A DNA stretch of 64,000 nucleotides, taken from the NCBI GenBank assembly GCA_020536535.1, contig JAHLWZ010000798.1:1-64000 (forward strand), in the 5' to 3' direction. The stretch is from Pelomyxa schiedti (taxonomy: Eukaryota; Protista; Evosea). The translations under genes were made by a program, and so were the position numbers. Positions 1 to 13,576 of this stretch are shown one piece after another; the first letter of the stretch is position 1; the number at the start of each line of letters is the position of its first letter. Under the pieces are notes generated by a model, which worked only from the letters and a program-made list of their open reading frames with translations, was not told the origin of the DNA and ran no database searches.

Positions 1-137
1 GAAGCACATTGGTGTGTCTGTTGGCCGTTGGCGTGCTGCAAACTGTGTGCACACTGTTTTCCCAGAAAAACGCTCGTTTTTTGATCGTGTGCACACCGAA
101 AAAGTTTGGGCAGTCCCAATATTAATTTCGTTTTCAG

Positions 138-2380
138 GAGCCAAACGGGACACGGACCCTGTTGTGCAATATGTCCTTCACTTAATTTCTGAGAGAACCG
201 CTACCACCCTTAAACAACTGCCACTAAACGAATTTGGAGCAATTGGTACCACAACTTCATTCCACCTTCGTTCATACTCTAAACAGAGAGTACTAAATTG
301 TACGAGGAAACGTGTTTGCATATTTTTGATTTCTCCTGGGATCTCGGCTCCTTAGGTAGCAAGCGTTCTGTGGTTGATACAGCCTTACGGTTTGTTTCAT
401 CTATTTATTCATAAGTCAACGGAAAAACCAAGAAACCTCCTGTACTATCAACAAAAAATGATCGTCATTGTATCGGGTACCAATCCCCTTATGCTCTCTA
501 CGCAGAGGATAATCCCACACGATACTTTCTACTTCTTTGTATGCCAATACTGTCTTTGCTTTCTAATTCTCCATAGGCACCTATTATCACACCTGAGGTG
601 GCTGCTAGCGTTTTACGCTATCTTCTTTGTACATCTCCTGGTCACAGTCTGTTCGGCACATCTGAATCAGTCATTGACAAGAACATTGAGAGTGTTTCTG
701 GTGGAATGATCTATGGCGCACCATGGCAAATACGAGAGTGGCTCTTATTGTAACATCTTCCCGATTTTATGTATCTTTCTTCTTAAGATAAATAGGCTTA
801 AGACAGCTAACTACAGTATTGACACACTATCACTAGTGAACAAGAAATTCCTTGAAAAAGCTAATGACTTGTTCGGTCCAAAATTTGCCTAATACCAGTA
901 CTAAAATTGGTTAGATTATGTAGAGAACCTGGAGGAAGGGACTCAATTTTTTCTCTTAAGACAGAGCTGAGAAAGACCGACTTCGAATGGCTGACCCCTC
1001 ATATGTTTAGAAACAATAACGAAGGTACAGAGATCCTTATCCTTTACTGTATGCAATAATTAAAAAAATCCCAGCTTCCAGTGATCTTGTTGAAATGGGG
1101 TTCGGGATGAACACCAATAATTTGTCTATTGTGGAGCAGACAAACAATTCGATATTATTTCGGATACCATGGAGTTTCTGCTGCCGCATGGCATCACACT
1201 TTCCTGATTCACCCTTTGCGGTATGACCCTTAGGGTAACCTCTTGGGCTTACAAATACTCACCAGATTTCCCCATGGGGGATGCTTATTGAAGAAGCCAA
1301 CAACCGCTTTGTTGTGTGTGTTGTGGAGCAACTAATACGGCCCAAGAGCAGCCTCAACATCTGGATATCCTCACAGACCCCTGAGTATAAGTCAATATGT
1401 AGAATGTGGAAGGGCATATGAATTCTGACATAGTGACTAGGTTGTCAGTTTGGTATGACGTTCGCTGTTCACAGAGAAACAGACAATGCACAACTGGAAC
1501 GTACGAGTGTGGGTGAGTTCCATCACAATGGGCCATTTACTTTCGTCAATGGTACAAAATATGTGGGCCACATGCCTTCGAAACCCAGACAAGTCCTCAG
1601 TATTCTACCCATTTATCATTGGCCTGTTTAACCATATCCTACAGGAAAGATAAAGATTACAGATGCATCTCCTGCCACTCTTCAAAAAGAAGTGTACAGT
1701 TGGACAAAGACTTCGTTAGAGGAACTATGTGATGGTTTATCAACTTTTCTGTAGGCAGCATAATGACTTTCTACAGGCTTTTATTTTTTGATATCGAAAT
1801 ACCCGATTGAATTCAAACTTCCCGTGTTGGATGGTGTCCAGGAGTTTGAAAAGAAGTTCTTCTTCCTATCAGGCTTCCAGACATGGGAAATGTGTCCAGC
1901 AAGTGGGGAGAATATCTTAAAAGGAGTTCCCTCTCTTCCTCAATCCCTCATCGTGAATCCAATGGACAAGGTAATAGCCAAGATATGTGTCTATCTTACA
2001 AATAAATCTCAAGATCCTTGCACTGCATTGCTTCACTGCAGAAACCCGTGGACTTCTAGCTATGATCTATGCCTTTATTTCAGCATGTGAGAATCAGCCT
2101 CTCCCATTAGAAGACTTCCAGCGTCTGATTTCCCAGGCACCTACAAATCCAACCAAGACACTGGAGGACCTTGGCAAGATCATTCATAAACACTTTGTGA
2201 TGTACATACCCGCATTTCAGGCTGCTATGAAATCTGAATCTGAAAATGGCAACCTAGGTTCACATACATATTTTTTCATTGTCTAACACTGAAAAAGAAG
2301 TGAAAACTGGGGAGCCTGTTTCCCCCGAACTTGATCCCATTCCCCCAAAGAGTCTTCCACAGAAACGCGCTGGAGAATAA
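138..2380 (+). CDS. Multi-exon hypothetical protein, 5' end uncertain or outside the window
   Basis: Run of short exons between GT...AG introns. Coding-like segments include YPIEFKLPVLDGVQEF and MIYAFISACENQPLPLEDFQRLISQAPTNP. No recognisable domain. Confidence 0.4.
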
Positions 2381-2495
2381 TCAGGATGTCGCCAACCTAT
2401 AAGGAATTCCCCAAGTCCGCAACATACAACAAACACTAGACCCAGTACTCTATTTAATTTTTTTTGAATAACTTGCTGGCTTTTTCCATGCTTTT

Positions 2496-3560
2496 TTAGT
2501 CTTGCTTTGGGAGAGTTTGGTGTGTTGGTCGTTTGTGGTGCATGTAGAATGGTTGCCAAAAGAGTACAAGACAGGATGTGTAGAAAAACAAGGATGTGAG
2601 GACAACTGACCAGGGAGAACTTTGTGTACCTCCCAGTAGTTTAATGCCGCACCACCCAAGGAGGAAGTCCGTTCCCAGGAAAAGTTGGAAAAGCTCCATT
2701 ACTGGAATGCTTGTTGTCCACCACGATATATCCTCTGACAACTTATGGCATTACAGAATAATAGAGAACAATAAAGACAAAAGATACCTCACACATGAAA
2801 TAGTGCCAATACAAAAAGACAGATGGGAACACATCCAGGAGGATACAAAATGAAGAAAAAACAAAATTTGTGTGAATCCAACAGAACCTGCCCAGAAAAA
2901 CAGGAAATGTAAGAACAACAAAAGCAAAAGTGAGCATACACAAGTGGACAAACTGAGGCATGCTTCCATATGTGATGGTATGAAAGAGGTTTCTTCTTGA
3001 GAAGAAGGAAGGCGGTATCAAAAAAAGAAATATACTTGCTGGTGAAAAGACCAAATAAACAAGAAGGAAAAGAGTGTGGAAAGCATAAGAAAAACCTGAG
3101 GTAATGAGTATAAGCACAGAGCCCCAATATTCCATCAAATTCTATATCTTCACCAGACAAGAATTGTCGAAAGCCATGAACATAAATTTTGATAGATATT
3201 CCAGCCAGCATTCCAACAAGAATACAAAGAGATAAGAATGTCATCTGTGTTGTTTGTCCGTGTATACATACGAATTCCATGCAACAAACCAAATGGAAAA
3301 GGAAAAGGAAAACCCTAATCAACAATCGAAACAAAAAAAAAAAAAAACCACACGCTGTATCAGGGAGTAAAACACACGAACAGGTTGTGCATCTTAATGG
3401 CATTATGGGGCCTCAATTTAGGAAATCGCCTCATCACCCTGCGCAGTCCCACGGCCACGAAAACATATGCCATCGACGCCAAGATCGGACGAAGGGCGTT
3501 GTTGTCCTCCACTTCGAACTTGAGCTCGACCCACCACACTCGGTCCCACAATCCCGCCAT
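2496..3560 (-). CDS. GNS1/SUR4 (ELO) fatty acid elongase-like membrane protein with degenerate catalytic motifs
   Basis: Spliced reading: MAGLWDRVWW...HNLF|MTFLSLCILVGML...YLS|KYISFFDTAFLLLKKKPLSYHHIWKHAS...MELFQLFLG...CLVLFWQPFY. This matches the ELO pattern SKxxExxDTxFLVLKKKxLxFLHxYHH and its transmembrane spacing. Confidence 0.8.
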
Positions 3561-4009
3561 GCCCCCACGCTTCACACTGTTCTGAACTTTACAGGCTTGA
3601 TCAAGCAGCCTTACGCGAAATCCGGACTCAGGGTCCCCTTGTCTGAGACAAATCGAGGCCAAGCTCGAATAGAAGGGAAAAAGGGAAGGTTCAGCGAGGC
3701 CAATCGGGAACCACAGCCCACACACCCCAACCAAACGAACCGTTGTTTTTTCCGATTCGAAGTTCATTCCTAATAAATTCACACCGGCGTCTGTGTCTTG
3801 AGAGCGGCCAACCCCGACAACATACAGACAAACTCACAGTAACATAAGAAGGAGATCTTCTGCGCCAACACGATACTGCACAGACCGAAAAAAAAAATGC
3901 GTAGAAGAAGCACGTCGGGTGCACCCGTTAGCGGCGCACTTCTACGACAACACTCGAATAGCATTGTTCTACCCTTGTCACTATTGACTGCAAACAACGC
4001 CGCAGGGAT

Positions 4010-4109
4010 NNNNNNNNNNNNNNNNNNNNNNNNNNNNNNNNNNNNNNNNNNNNNNNNNNNNNNNNNNNNNNNNNNNNNNNNNNNNNNNNNNNNNNNNNNN
4101 NNNNNNNNN
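4010..4109. other. 100-N scaffold gap; 3889-4009 is repeated exactly at 4110-4230
   Basis: Identical 121 nt on both sides of the Ns. Confidence 0.95.
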
Positions 4110-4347
4110 AAAAAAAAATGCGTAGAAGAAGCACGTCGGGTGCACCCGTTAGCGGCGCACTTCTACGACAACACTCGAATAGCATTGTTCTACCCTTGTC
4201 ACTATTGACTGCAAACAACGCCGCAGGGATTAACTTTTGCCCAGAGACGCTTTCTGGTTTGTGAGTCCCTTGTTTGGTGCCAATGCCCTTTTTTCCCTTT
4301 TTGGCTAATGAATTTTTTTGGGGGAACCAGTCTTTTGGTTTGGACAA

Positions 4348-7300
4348 ATGAGTGTGGGGAGTGTATGTACTTCCTTGTCAGAAAATAACTTGCTGTTGCG
4401 TCTGGGTCTGTGGGGAGCAAGGCCAACTGGTAAGTTTCCAGTTTAAGTTGGGTGACAGAAATTTGACTGTCCCTAGGTTCTGCCTCACCATATCTTTCCC
4501 AACTCACCCGTAATCCTGGTTTGTTGCATGACAACACACTCAGTTGGAGCATTTTTTCTCAAGTGCATTCCAGTATTGTGCATTCTTGTTTGCAATCCAT
4601 CAAATTCCATAAAGCACTACAAGAGATCCCAGGTTCACATAGTTCACAATACATTACAATTTGGATTCACAGGTAAATTACAGGAGATGCAGTATTAGAG
4701 CCGACAGAAAATCAAATTCTCACAACGTGGTACTGTGGCTATCCAGGAGAACGAAATTGCAGTGCGTAGCTATCCTTTTATCTAAAATAAGAAAGATAAA
4801 AACGTATGAGGGAAGGCCATAGAAATCTAACCTCGTGTACCTTTCAAGTCAATGTTGGCATTGCCTGTAGCATTCTTAGAACTTTCAAAAATCTCTCTAC
4901 TCTCGTTATCATTGGTATATACATCAACCCGTAAAAATACCCATACCGTTGCCAGGGGCGAAGTTATCTGCCTGGGAAATGAGAATATTAGGAGAAGAAC
5001 TTAAGTTGCATAGTATTACAAGTCTTGTTCTTTCAGGTAATCACCACTAATCTTCACCTTGCATAAAAGTTTAAGATCTCTGTAGACTGTTGTCCTGCCA
5101 GTGAACAAGCGGAGGCAGTTATCAGGAGCTTACTTTCAGGGTTAGAGGATCACCCCACACTTACTTACCTGGATATATCACGTGTTTTCCCGTGTTCCTC
5201 ACCCTTTTTAAAAACACTGCCCTTACTTAGTGTAGAAAATAATTTGACATCTTCAGCCACAAAGCACATTAAGACTCTCTTGGAGGCAAATAGTACCCTT
5301 CAGTATCTAGTTTTAAATGGTGCGCTTTTTCCAATATGTAGAGATCCTCAATTTTCCCAGGAAACAATTTTGGAGAAGAAGGGCTGACCGTATTAAAGGA
5401 GGGTGTAAAAAATAACACATCTTTAATACATCTGAACCTGAAAGGTACAAACTACCTACATTACTCTCCCTTACTCATGAAGATTGCCACATTCCACCGA
5501 TTTCTGTGAAGAAGTATGATGGATTGGTACACCTAAAGGGTCTGACTATTAATTGGGAAGGTTTCACTTATCTCGGAAGATTTTGACCTAACCTCTTCTC
5601 TAGATCCCACACATCGTGGGGATTCTGATATTCTTCCATTATTTAATTTCCTTGCAATAAGCAGATTGCAGTACATCAATCTTGGTGGTAGGTAAGGAAA
5701 CAGTGTTTCAAAACCTAATGAATAATAGGGAGTACCTTTGAGGGGTCCTTCTGTGAGTGTTTGCTAAAAAATTCAAATTTGACCTCAGTCAATCTCTCCC
5801 GTAAGTGTCATTCACAATGTTTTTGACTTTAATACACTTCTAGAATGCCAACTTGGTGACCCATGTGCTGAAATTCTGTTTAACACTCTGAAAGGAAATT
5901 ATTCCCTTATATCTCTTTGTCTTGCAAGTACCCTTCCTTTTTTTTCTCTCTCTCTTCAGGGAAGGTGGAGGAGAGGAATCTCCACAGGAATAACAATGAT
6001 TTCTAAGGCAACAAATTTGGCCCCTTGTCTGGGAGTGTAATAGGGGAGGCACTGCAAATGAACACAGTTTTGCGTATTTTAAATCTTGAAGGTACTTGCT
6101 TGCTTTTAGTGAGTGTAACTAAAAATTCTCTAGACAACCTTCTTGGTGATGGTGGATTGAAAGGCCTTACATTGGGGCTCCAAAACAAAACTCTTTTCTC
6201 TCTGAATATAAATCGTATGTATTTTTTTTTACGGGGTCCAGTAATAAAAGAAAACGATTCCCCCAGGGAACGCCTTAACCAAGGGAGCATGTGCGGACTT
6301 CCTGAAAGCTCTTCATGAAAATACTACCCTGCAATTCCTTTATATGGAGAGTGGTAATTCTTGCTCATTTTATTTTACTTCAGGCAGCTAACTTTTCTAG
6401 ATCAACTTTCTGGTGTAGAGGCACTTTGCAATGTTATCAAGCAAACCAATCTGTCTTATCTCTTTTTAGGAAGTACCTACCACACATCCCTTCTTAATTT
6501 CATTCTCAACTGACTAAGAAAATGATACGGCAAATTGCAAAACAGTTGACAATCAACTTCAGTTTTCTTCTACACTTGTGGATCTGTGTGGTATAGAATG
6601 TATGCCTTTCCGTTCTTCATTAATCTTCTTCAAGGATTGAAAGGACTTCATCGGCTCCAGGTTTTCTGAAATATAACTACTCTCTTATGTCAACAAAATC
6701 CAAAGATTGCTTGGGATGATATCATGTCAATAACTGGGCTACATTTTGACTTAGATCTCCCAGACCCTGATGGTGTAGAACACTGTTTTATGGAGTGCAT
6801 TCGTTCAAAGGAGTGGAAGCGCATGCTTTTATTATGTGGAGCTATATTGTCAAAAAAGCAATATACCCCGTTCCCAGCTATTGGACATTCTGAGTGCTCT
6901 AGAATTCTGCAGTACGTTGTTTCGAAAATCGATGACCAGTGCTATGAAATAGTACTAGCACCCATGAAAATGAGGGTGTTGGATTGTGGCATGCTGCAAC
7001 CTTCTGAGTGCCGCATGATTGTGCACTCTTTATTGCAAATCACTAAAGCAGAAGGAAAAGGTACTGCGGCTTCTGCAATGCTCTCTGAACTAGCACGAGG
7101 ACTATTCATTAGTAATAATTTTGAGGCTCTACGTGAAATGGCCTTAGCACGTGCAATGCGCTCGATGTGTGTTGATTTGTCCCTTCTTGGATTGGCGGAA
7201 GTGCCACAGAACATGGCAACCCTTTTATCTTCATGCCGCGAAATTGACCTTAGTTATAACAAACTTGATACACTTCCACGAGCGCTATGCACCGTCTCGA

Positions 7301-10300
7301 ACATTAAACTGGATGGGAATCCCCTGGGAAAAATACCCTTTCACTTTCATTCCTGGAACCTGTTGAAGAGGTTTCTTCGATTAGATGGCGAACCAATTCC
7401 CTGGCTGCAACGTAAATTACTCATGATAGGGGATGGTGCCGTTGGCAAGACATCTCTCCTTTCCTGCCTTCAGCACCATAAAAGCAAAACTGACACAAAG
7501 AGGGCGTCAATTGCCACTGATGGTATTGCTGTACACAGTGAATTTAAACTCAATGACACCTTAATATGGACTGCCTGGGACCTTGGTTAGTTTTTTTTTC
7601 TTGGGGTTTCCCTTTGCTGATGTTTCTTCAGGTGGACAAGGTTTACCTTGATTTTCATCATTTTGAAAACCTCATTTCTTTTAGAAATTCTATATACGTC
7701 TCACCAATACTTTCTCTGTAGTAGTTCCATTTTCCTACTACTTTTTGATCTTGCACTTGCTTCTTCACCCCAGGAACGTATTAGTGAACATGTTTTCCAT
7801 AATATATCATACTGGGTGAAGCAAATTAGAGCATCAGCGGCGACCTCAAGAACATCTACTGTGGATACTGCTAAGACACATGTAAGTCCAGCTTGGTTGG
7901 AGGTTGTTTAATTGCAATAGGTGGTTCTTGTTGGAACTCATATGGACCAATTAGAAGATCCCGATGCGGCTGGTATAATATTATGTAAGTTATGGACCCA
8001 ACATAAAAACTTTTCGGCTGCATTTGCTATAAGTCTCAAGGATGGAACCGGAATAAAGCATATACCAGCAGAAGGCACGACAAAAAATGCCGACTTCAAG
8101 CTGGAGCCAACAACAGACTCTGTATCCTCAATTTCATCCATCCTGTCACAGCTTGCCTCAGCTCAACTAAATGTCCCTGCCAGCTGGGGGGTTTTATCAC
8201 GAAAACTCAAGAGGAAGAGAAAACCAACAATAGACTGGGATGCATTTCGCAAGTTAGCCAGAAAATGCAAAGTTGGGGTATCATGCACGCAGGAAATGGC
8301 TTCAGAAGAGGAGATTCTGATGTGTGCAGACTTCTTTGCCGACTCCGGCTTGATTATACACTTCAGAAATTCCGTGACTACAGAGGAGCAGTTATGTTTA
8401 GATGCCGCAGCTTGTACCGCAGCCATTGGTGGTGGACTAAGGCAAAAATCTGGGAGAAGTACTCAACTGGCGGACATGGTGATACTGCAGCCCAACTGGT
8501 TATCTGGAGTGCTGACGTGCATTGTGACAATTAGTGGAGCAGACAGATGGATGAAAAATGGCTTCATCAACGCATCAAATTTGACTAAAGTGTTCGAAGG
8601 CAAATTTCCTGAGAGTACTCATGTAGCACTAGTGCAGTTACTTTCCGATTTTGAAGTGTTCTTCAAGATGCCTGATGGCAGAATTCTTGTACCAAGTTTA
8701 CTTTCGGAAAAGACACTGACAATTGTTCCTGCTGATCACCCTGTAGAGAAGGTAGTGACCCCAGATACCAAGCCATCACCGTCTTCTGTAATAAGTGACG
8801 AAATGGATGCACTTCTCGGTTCTGCTTTAGGTGCTGGCAATTTAATTGGAGGCACTCTTCTGACAAGCGCAGTATCAGCAATTCCTCACATCCCCGAAAT
8901 TAGTGGTCCACTGCCAACCAAAATCGCCACCGAACCACAATTTGATGAGCAGGCTGGGCAAGCAGGGTATGAACTAATGCAAACAGAGTCAAATGTCTCT
9001 GGGAGAATCTTTGTTTTTGGGTTCCTACCGATTGGATTCTTTTCCCGGCTGACAGCTCGTATTCTTGGGATCCCTGCAATTCAGCCAGTGGTCCTATGTC
9101 GACTGCAAATCTGTTTTATGCTCAAAACAGAAGCCGGCACAGAGTATGGAGTTGTTGCTAGTGACAATGTCAGTACAGTGTTCATTTACACCTGGCACTT
9201 GACTTCAAACGTCACGAAAGAAAGCTCCGAATTATTTGTCTTGATTGTTGACACAATTAGTGCTTTTGTGAGAAGCTTTTATCAAGGGCTGTGGGACTCG
9301 GCAACCCAAAAGATTTCTTGCCCACATTGCCTTTCAGCTGTTACGGAAAAGAAGTGCATTCTGTCCTCCACGTTTGGAAGTATGACAGGACACACCTTTT
9401 CATTAGTGGACTGTATAGAAGCAGTAAAGAAGGGATACGGGAGATTATTTTGTCCCAAAATGGCATCTTCCCTGGATGTCTCATCTGCACCAGAAATCAA
9501 TGTGGCAACTGCAACGNNNNNNNNNNNNNNNNNNNNNNNNNNNNNNNNNNNNNNNNNNNNNNNNNNNNNNNNNNNNNNNNNNNNNNNNNNNNNNNNNNNN
9601 NNNNNNNNNNNNNNNNCTTTTCATTAGTGGACTGTATAGAAGCAGTAAAGAAGGGATACGGGAGATTATTTTGTCCCAAAATGGCATCTTCCCTGGATGT
9701 CTCATCTGCACCAGAAATCAATGTGGCAACTGCAACGCCACCATCCCGCTCCTGCCTCACTTCCTCCGCGTTAGTACGCATTATGCCTGCTGCTACTATT
9801 TCTGTTGCAAAAGCTGCACCAGATATAGCAATGGTTAACTTGCCTCTCGTGAATTATGATGACATTGTATTTGACCAGTCAGGTTCACCAATAGGTGAGG
9901 GTGGATTTGGTAAAGTGATGAAAGGTGTATGGCATGGTTTGCCTGTGGCAATAAAAGAACCAAAGCTACAGGATTGGTCAAGGGTGACAGAATTCCTTTA
10001 TGAGGCCAACATCATGAAATCACTTCCCCCACACAGTAATATCGTGCAATTCTTTGGGGTTTGTGTCCATCCAAAGATTTTACTGGTGATGGAATTTATC
10101 TCCCCAAGCATCCCCCTTACTATGTCAAATATCTTAAACAACAAAAAACTGTCCAAGCCGGATTTTGTATGCCTCCTCAGCACGTTGTGCAGTCTGAGCC
10201 CTACTTCTGTACCAGATGTATACTACCTTCCTGATTCCGGACAGGCACCTGGAGGTCGCAGAGTCTCGTTGTCCCTTTCACTTCCTCAAGAGGTTGAAAG

Positions 10301-11201
10301 AAGGAAGGCACTTGTTACCCGGGAAGAAGCCCTTCTCGACATGAAAAGACTTTGGCTTCGGGAAGCATTTCCCGAAAAACTTCAAATGAAGATACTTGCA
10401 GTACGTTTGCATTACGGAGGTCCACTTCTGACCTTATCCAGGATGTAGCATTTGGTCTTGAGCATCTACACGGCCAGTCTCCGCCCTTGGTTCATCAAGA
10501 CTTGCATGCCGGTATGCTACCTTTCTCTTGGTAACTATTCCGCAACACTGTAACTTTCTTCAGGAAATGTGTTTATCTGTTCTCTTGATCCAGAGGGGTC
10601 TGGACCTTGGGCAAAGGTTCGTCAACACCTCTAACTCAATATTGAGCTAATTCTACTTGATAGATAGCAGATTTTGGCCTTTCTCAGTAATTTCTTTTGG
10701 TGCCAACCTTGAAGGATTTACTTGTATGCAGGTACCTGTATGGAGGATGTGCAAAGACAAACACAGGGTGCCGCTATGACGTTTTTGCTCCCGAGGTGTT
10801 TATCCTCCCTTCCGCGCCCGATTTGTTGGAAGTAACATTTTGTATTCTTCCCGCAGGTACTTGCCGGAACCAAGTTCGACTCCTCAGCCGATGTATGGAG
10901 CTACGGAATGCTATGCAACCTCACAATAGACCCCTTCAGCTCACCCTTCTCACACCTTCTCGGAAACCCAACCTACAGCAAGTCCATCACCACCGAGGGA
11001 GTTACCCAAGTGACTCTGCTGGAAACGGCAGTCAAGACCGACCTCATCACCGGCAAAATCGGGCCGGACACTCCCCGCAGCAACGAGAACTGCAAATGGA
11101 GGTGCCCAACTTGGGCCGCTGAGATAATGCAGCTTACCTGGGCACACCAGCCGAATTCCAGGCCTGATGCAAGACTGCTGGCCAGCAAGATGAAGAAGTA
11201 A
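4348..11201 (+). CDS. Roco family protein (LRR - Roc GTPase - COR - tyrosine-kinase-like kinase); start codon uncertain
   Basis: LRRs: LRILNLEG, IDLSYNKLDTLP, IKLDGNPL. Roc motifs: KLLMIGDGAVGKTSLL, WDLG|GQ|E, VLVGTHMD. COR: VILQPNWL and CPHC. Kinase: IGEGGFGKV, VAIK, HQDLHAGN, ADFGLS, APE, DVWSYG. Collapsing the gap-2 duplication joins ORFs 7921 and 9291 in frame. Confidence 0.93.
9517..9616. other. 100-N scaffold gap inside the Roco gene; 9396-9516 is repeated exactly at 9617-9737
   Basis: Identical 121 nt flank the gap, and removing one copy plus the Ns restores the frame (INVATATPPSRSC). Confidence 0.95.
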
Positions 11202-11381
11202 GCAATCCCCACCTTCTCCACGTCGCACTTGAAAATTTTCTTACTCTATCACGCAGACTCTTGACTAGTGGTTCACTGTAAAAATCTTTGTGTAAAATAC
11301 AAAATTTTTGTCGAATACAAACGCCGGCTGCACTTCAACTTGGGTTTGTTTTTTTCAATCAAAAAAGAAAAAAAACCGAAC

Positions 11382-13529
11382 ATGCAAGGTAGGAGCGGAA
11401 CTGCGACAACGACGACGACACCAGCGACAGTGACCACACGTAGTGCCAGTGAACGTGGGACAGTTGTTGATAAGTTTGGGGATGTGGTGGCGACGGGACC
11501 TGGGCAGCCGCTGACTGTGGCGCAGACGGCCGCGAGAGAGTCGAGGGAGTTTGGGTGCCGGTGGCTGAAAGACAACGTGGGCGCCAAGGGCGTGTTCTTT
11601 GACAAAGCTCCTGCTCACGTTGAGGTTACTTTGCCGCTCAATTCTTTGGATATTTCGTTTCGTGGGGAGTTCGTTGATTTGCAGTGGTAATGGTGGATTA
11701 GTTCGTGCTGATACAAGGGGTGGTGAGAGTTACATCAAACATGATAGTTGCTTCTTATTTGGCAGCAGAGAATCTACAGGTTCGTTTTGGACTCTCACAC
11801 AGGCCTTTCATTTAGCACTCAGGATATGATTGTCATCAAGTACATGATAAACGAGTCCTCTAGGATGCTTAGGGTGTTTCAAGGCAAATCTACTCCTCGA
11901 GATTTATCCCAAATCAGTGAAGATGTTGGTTATCTTAGCACTCTGTTTAGTGTCATGTCCACACCAAATGTAAACATCGACACAGCTGCACCCTACATCA
12001 TTTTACTTTGTACAAAAGCAGTCTTGAGTAAGTTTATCCCCCGACTTTTTTTGGACTAAAATTCTTTTCAAGGTATAGCAGAGGAGTACTTCTCTGACAA
12101 AGACAGACACTTTGTGACCTGTATGAAGTATATAGAAGAAAAAGTGTCACTGTGCCTCAGATGTAAGTTTTTAAAATTGCTGCTATTCATCTCAATTCTG
12201 GAGCCCCCAATGAGCGACGCTCATGCCTGGAAGTTCTTGGCAGAGCACAATTACTTCGGGGAAGACACTCAATATATAGTGGTACAGATGCCTCTGGCGA
12301 GGTGACTCTTGGCCATGCCCGCATTTCACTTACTGATGCTATTAGATTACCGGCAGCCAGGGGGTAGTTCCTTTCTTCTTAATCTAAAAGTAAATTCTGT
12401 TGTAGATACAGTACTGCTATGTATGACTTAGCTCGTGCCTGTGCTCTACTTGGGGACGCAGACGAAGCTAAAATCTGGCTTGACAGAGCAAAAAATGTAT
12501 ACTTCCTGCACTTTTTCACGAGTCACTCTGTACTAGAGCAATGAATTACCAGCAGCTGGAATTATGCGGGCTGAACCAGACTTCAGCCCAATCAGGGATG
12601 CGCAGTGGTTTAGAGATTTAGTTAAAGAAGCTCTGGCCGCTGAAACAGCAGGTGCAAATATGGGGCTTGAGTTACTATGCACAAGTAGATTTGGCGTTGG
12701 TAGAGGTTGTGGTACAGCAGTCGATTTGAAGTCAAGTATGATTGAGCATGGCTTTGAAGTTAGGAAGATCTATGATTTCCTCAAGTTTTCCCTTTGTATG
12801 CTCCCATGCTAATAATTAAGTAAATTAGTATCTACACGAAAAGGTAGTAATTCCAATCAACTTCACAACCACATACCAGTGCAGACATGGGAAAACCTTC
12901 AGGCCCCGATGTTGGTCCTGATGACTATGAGAAAACAATTGCTGCAAAAGAGAGGCTTAAAGAAAGGATGATGTTGTTTGGTGTCAGGGAGAAGCGAGTT
13001 ATACCTGGTGATGGGAATTGCCAATTTTATGCTTTGTGCGACCAACTTTATGACGATATAAATAGAGTAATACCCCTTGAATTAATCCTACTTGCCATCT
13101 GACTTGTTTGTAGGCTGCTGAACTTAGAGAAGAAACTGTTAATTGGCTACTGCAGCATCGTGACTGGGACACGGGCAATGGTGCTCTATTACGAGACTTT
13201 GTGCACAATCAAACATGGGAAGAATACTGCGCCACAATGAAGAAAAACGGTTTCTTTTTTTCCATCCTCCTTTTATCTCTCAAAGAATTAAGGAATTTGG
13301 GGAGACAATTTGACACTTGTGGCTGTTTCTGAAATGAAAGGAGTTTCCATAACAATACTCTCCAGTGTTTCCGGGGACAACTTCTTCACAGGTAAGCCAA
13401 GTCACCCATCACCCACTATCCACTCACAATCCTCAAAAAGAAATCGTTCCCCACAACCCCCAGTCCGAAAAAGTATGCCTCTTGTCACACTTTGCTGAGT
13501 TCCACTATGGCTCTCTGGAAAGAGCCTAA
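11382..13529 (+). CDS. OTU-domain deubiquitinase-like cysteine protease with an N-terminal region and a TPR-like helix pair
   Basis: IPGDGNCQFYALCDQLY (catalytic Cys), WGDNLTLVAVSE, and HFAEFHYGSL (catalytic His). Upstream TPR-like segment MYDLARACALLGDADEAKIWLDRA. Confidence 0.85.
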
Positions 13530-13576
13530 AAAAAAAGCCAAAAGATTTTTTTGTTTTCAAAAACCAAAACAAAACA

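Noticed and set aside
3889-4230. Apparent tandem duplication around gap 1
   Set aside because: An exact 121-nt repeat around 100 Ns, the same length as at gap 2, indicates an unmerged k-mer overlap from the assembler.
9396-9737. Apparent frameshift or split of the Roco gene
   Set aside because: Same artefact; collapsing the duplicate restores a single frame.
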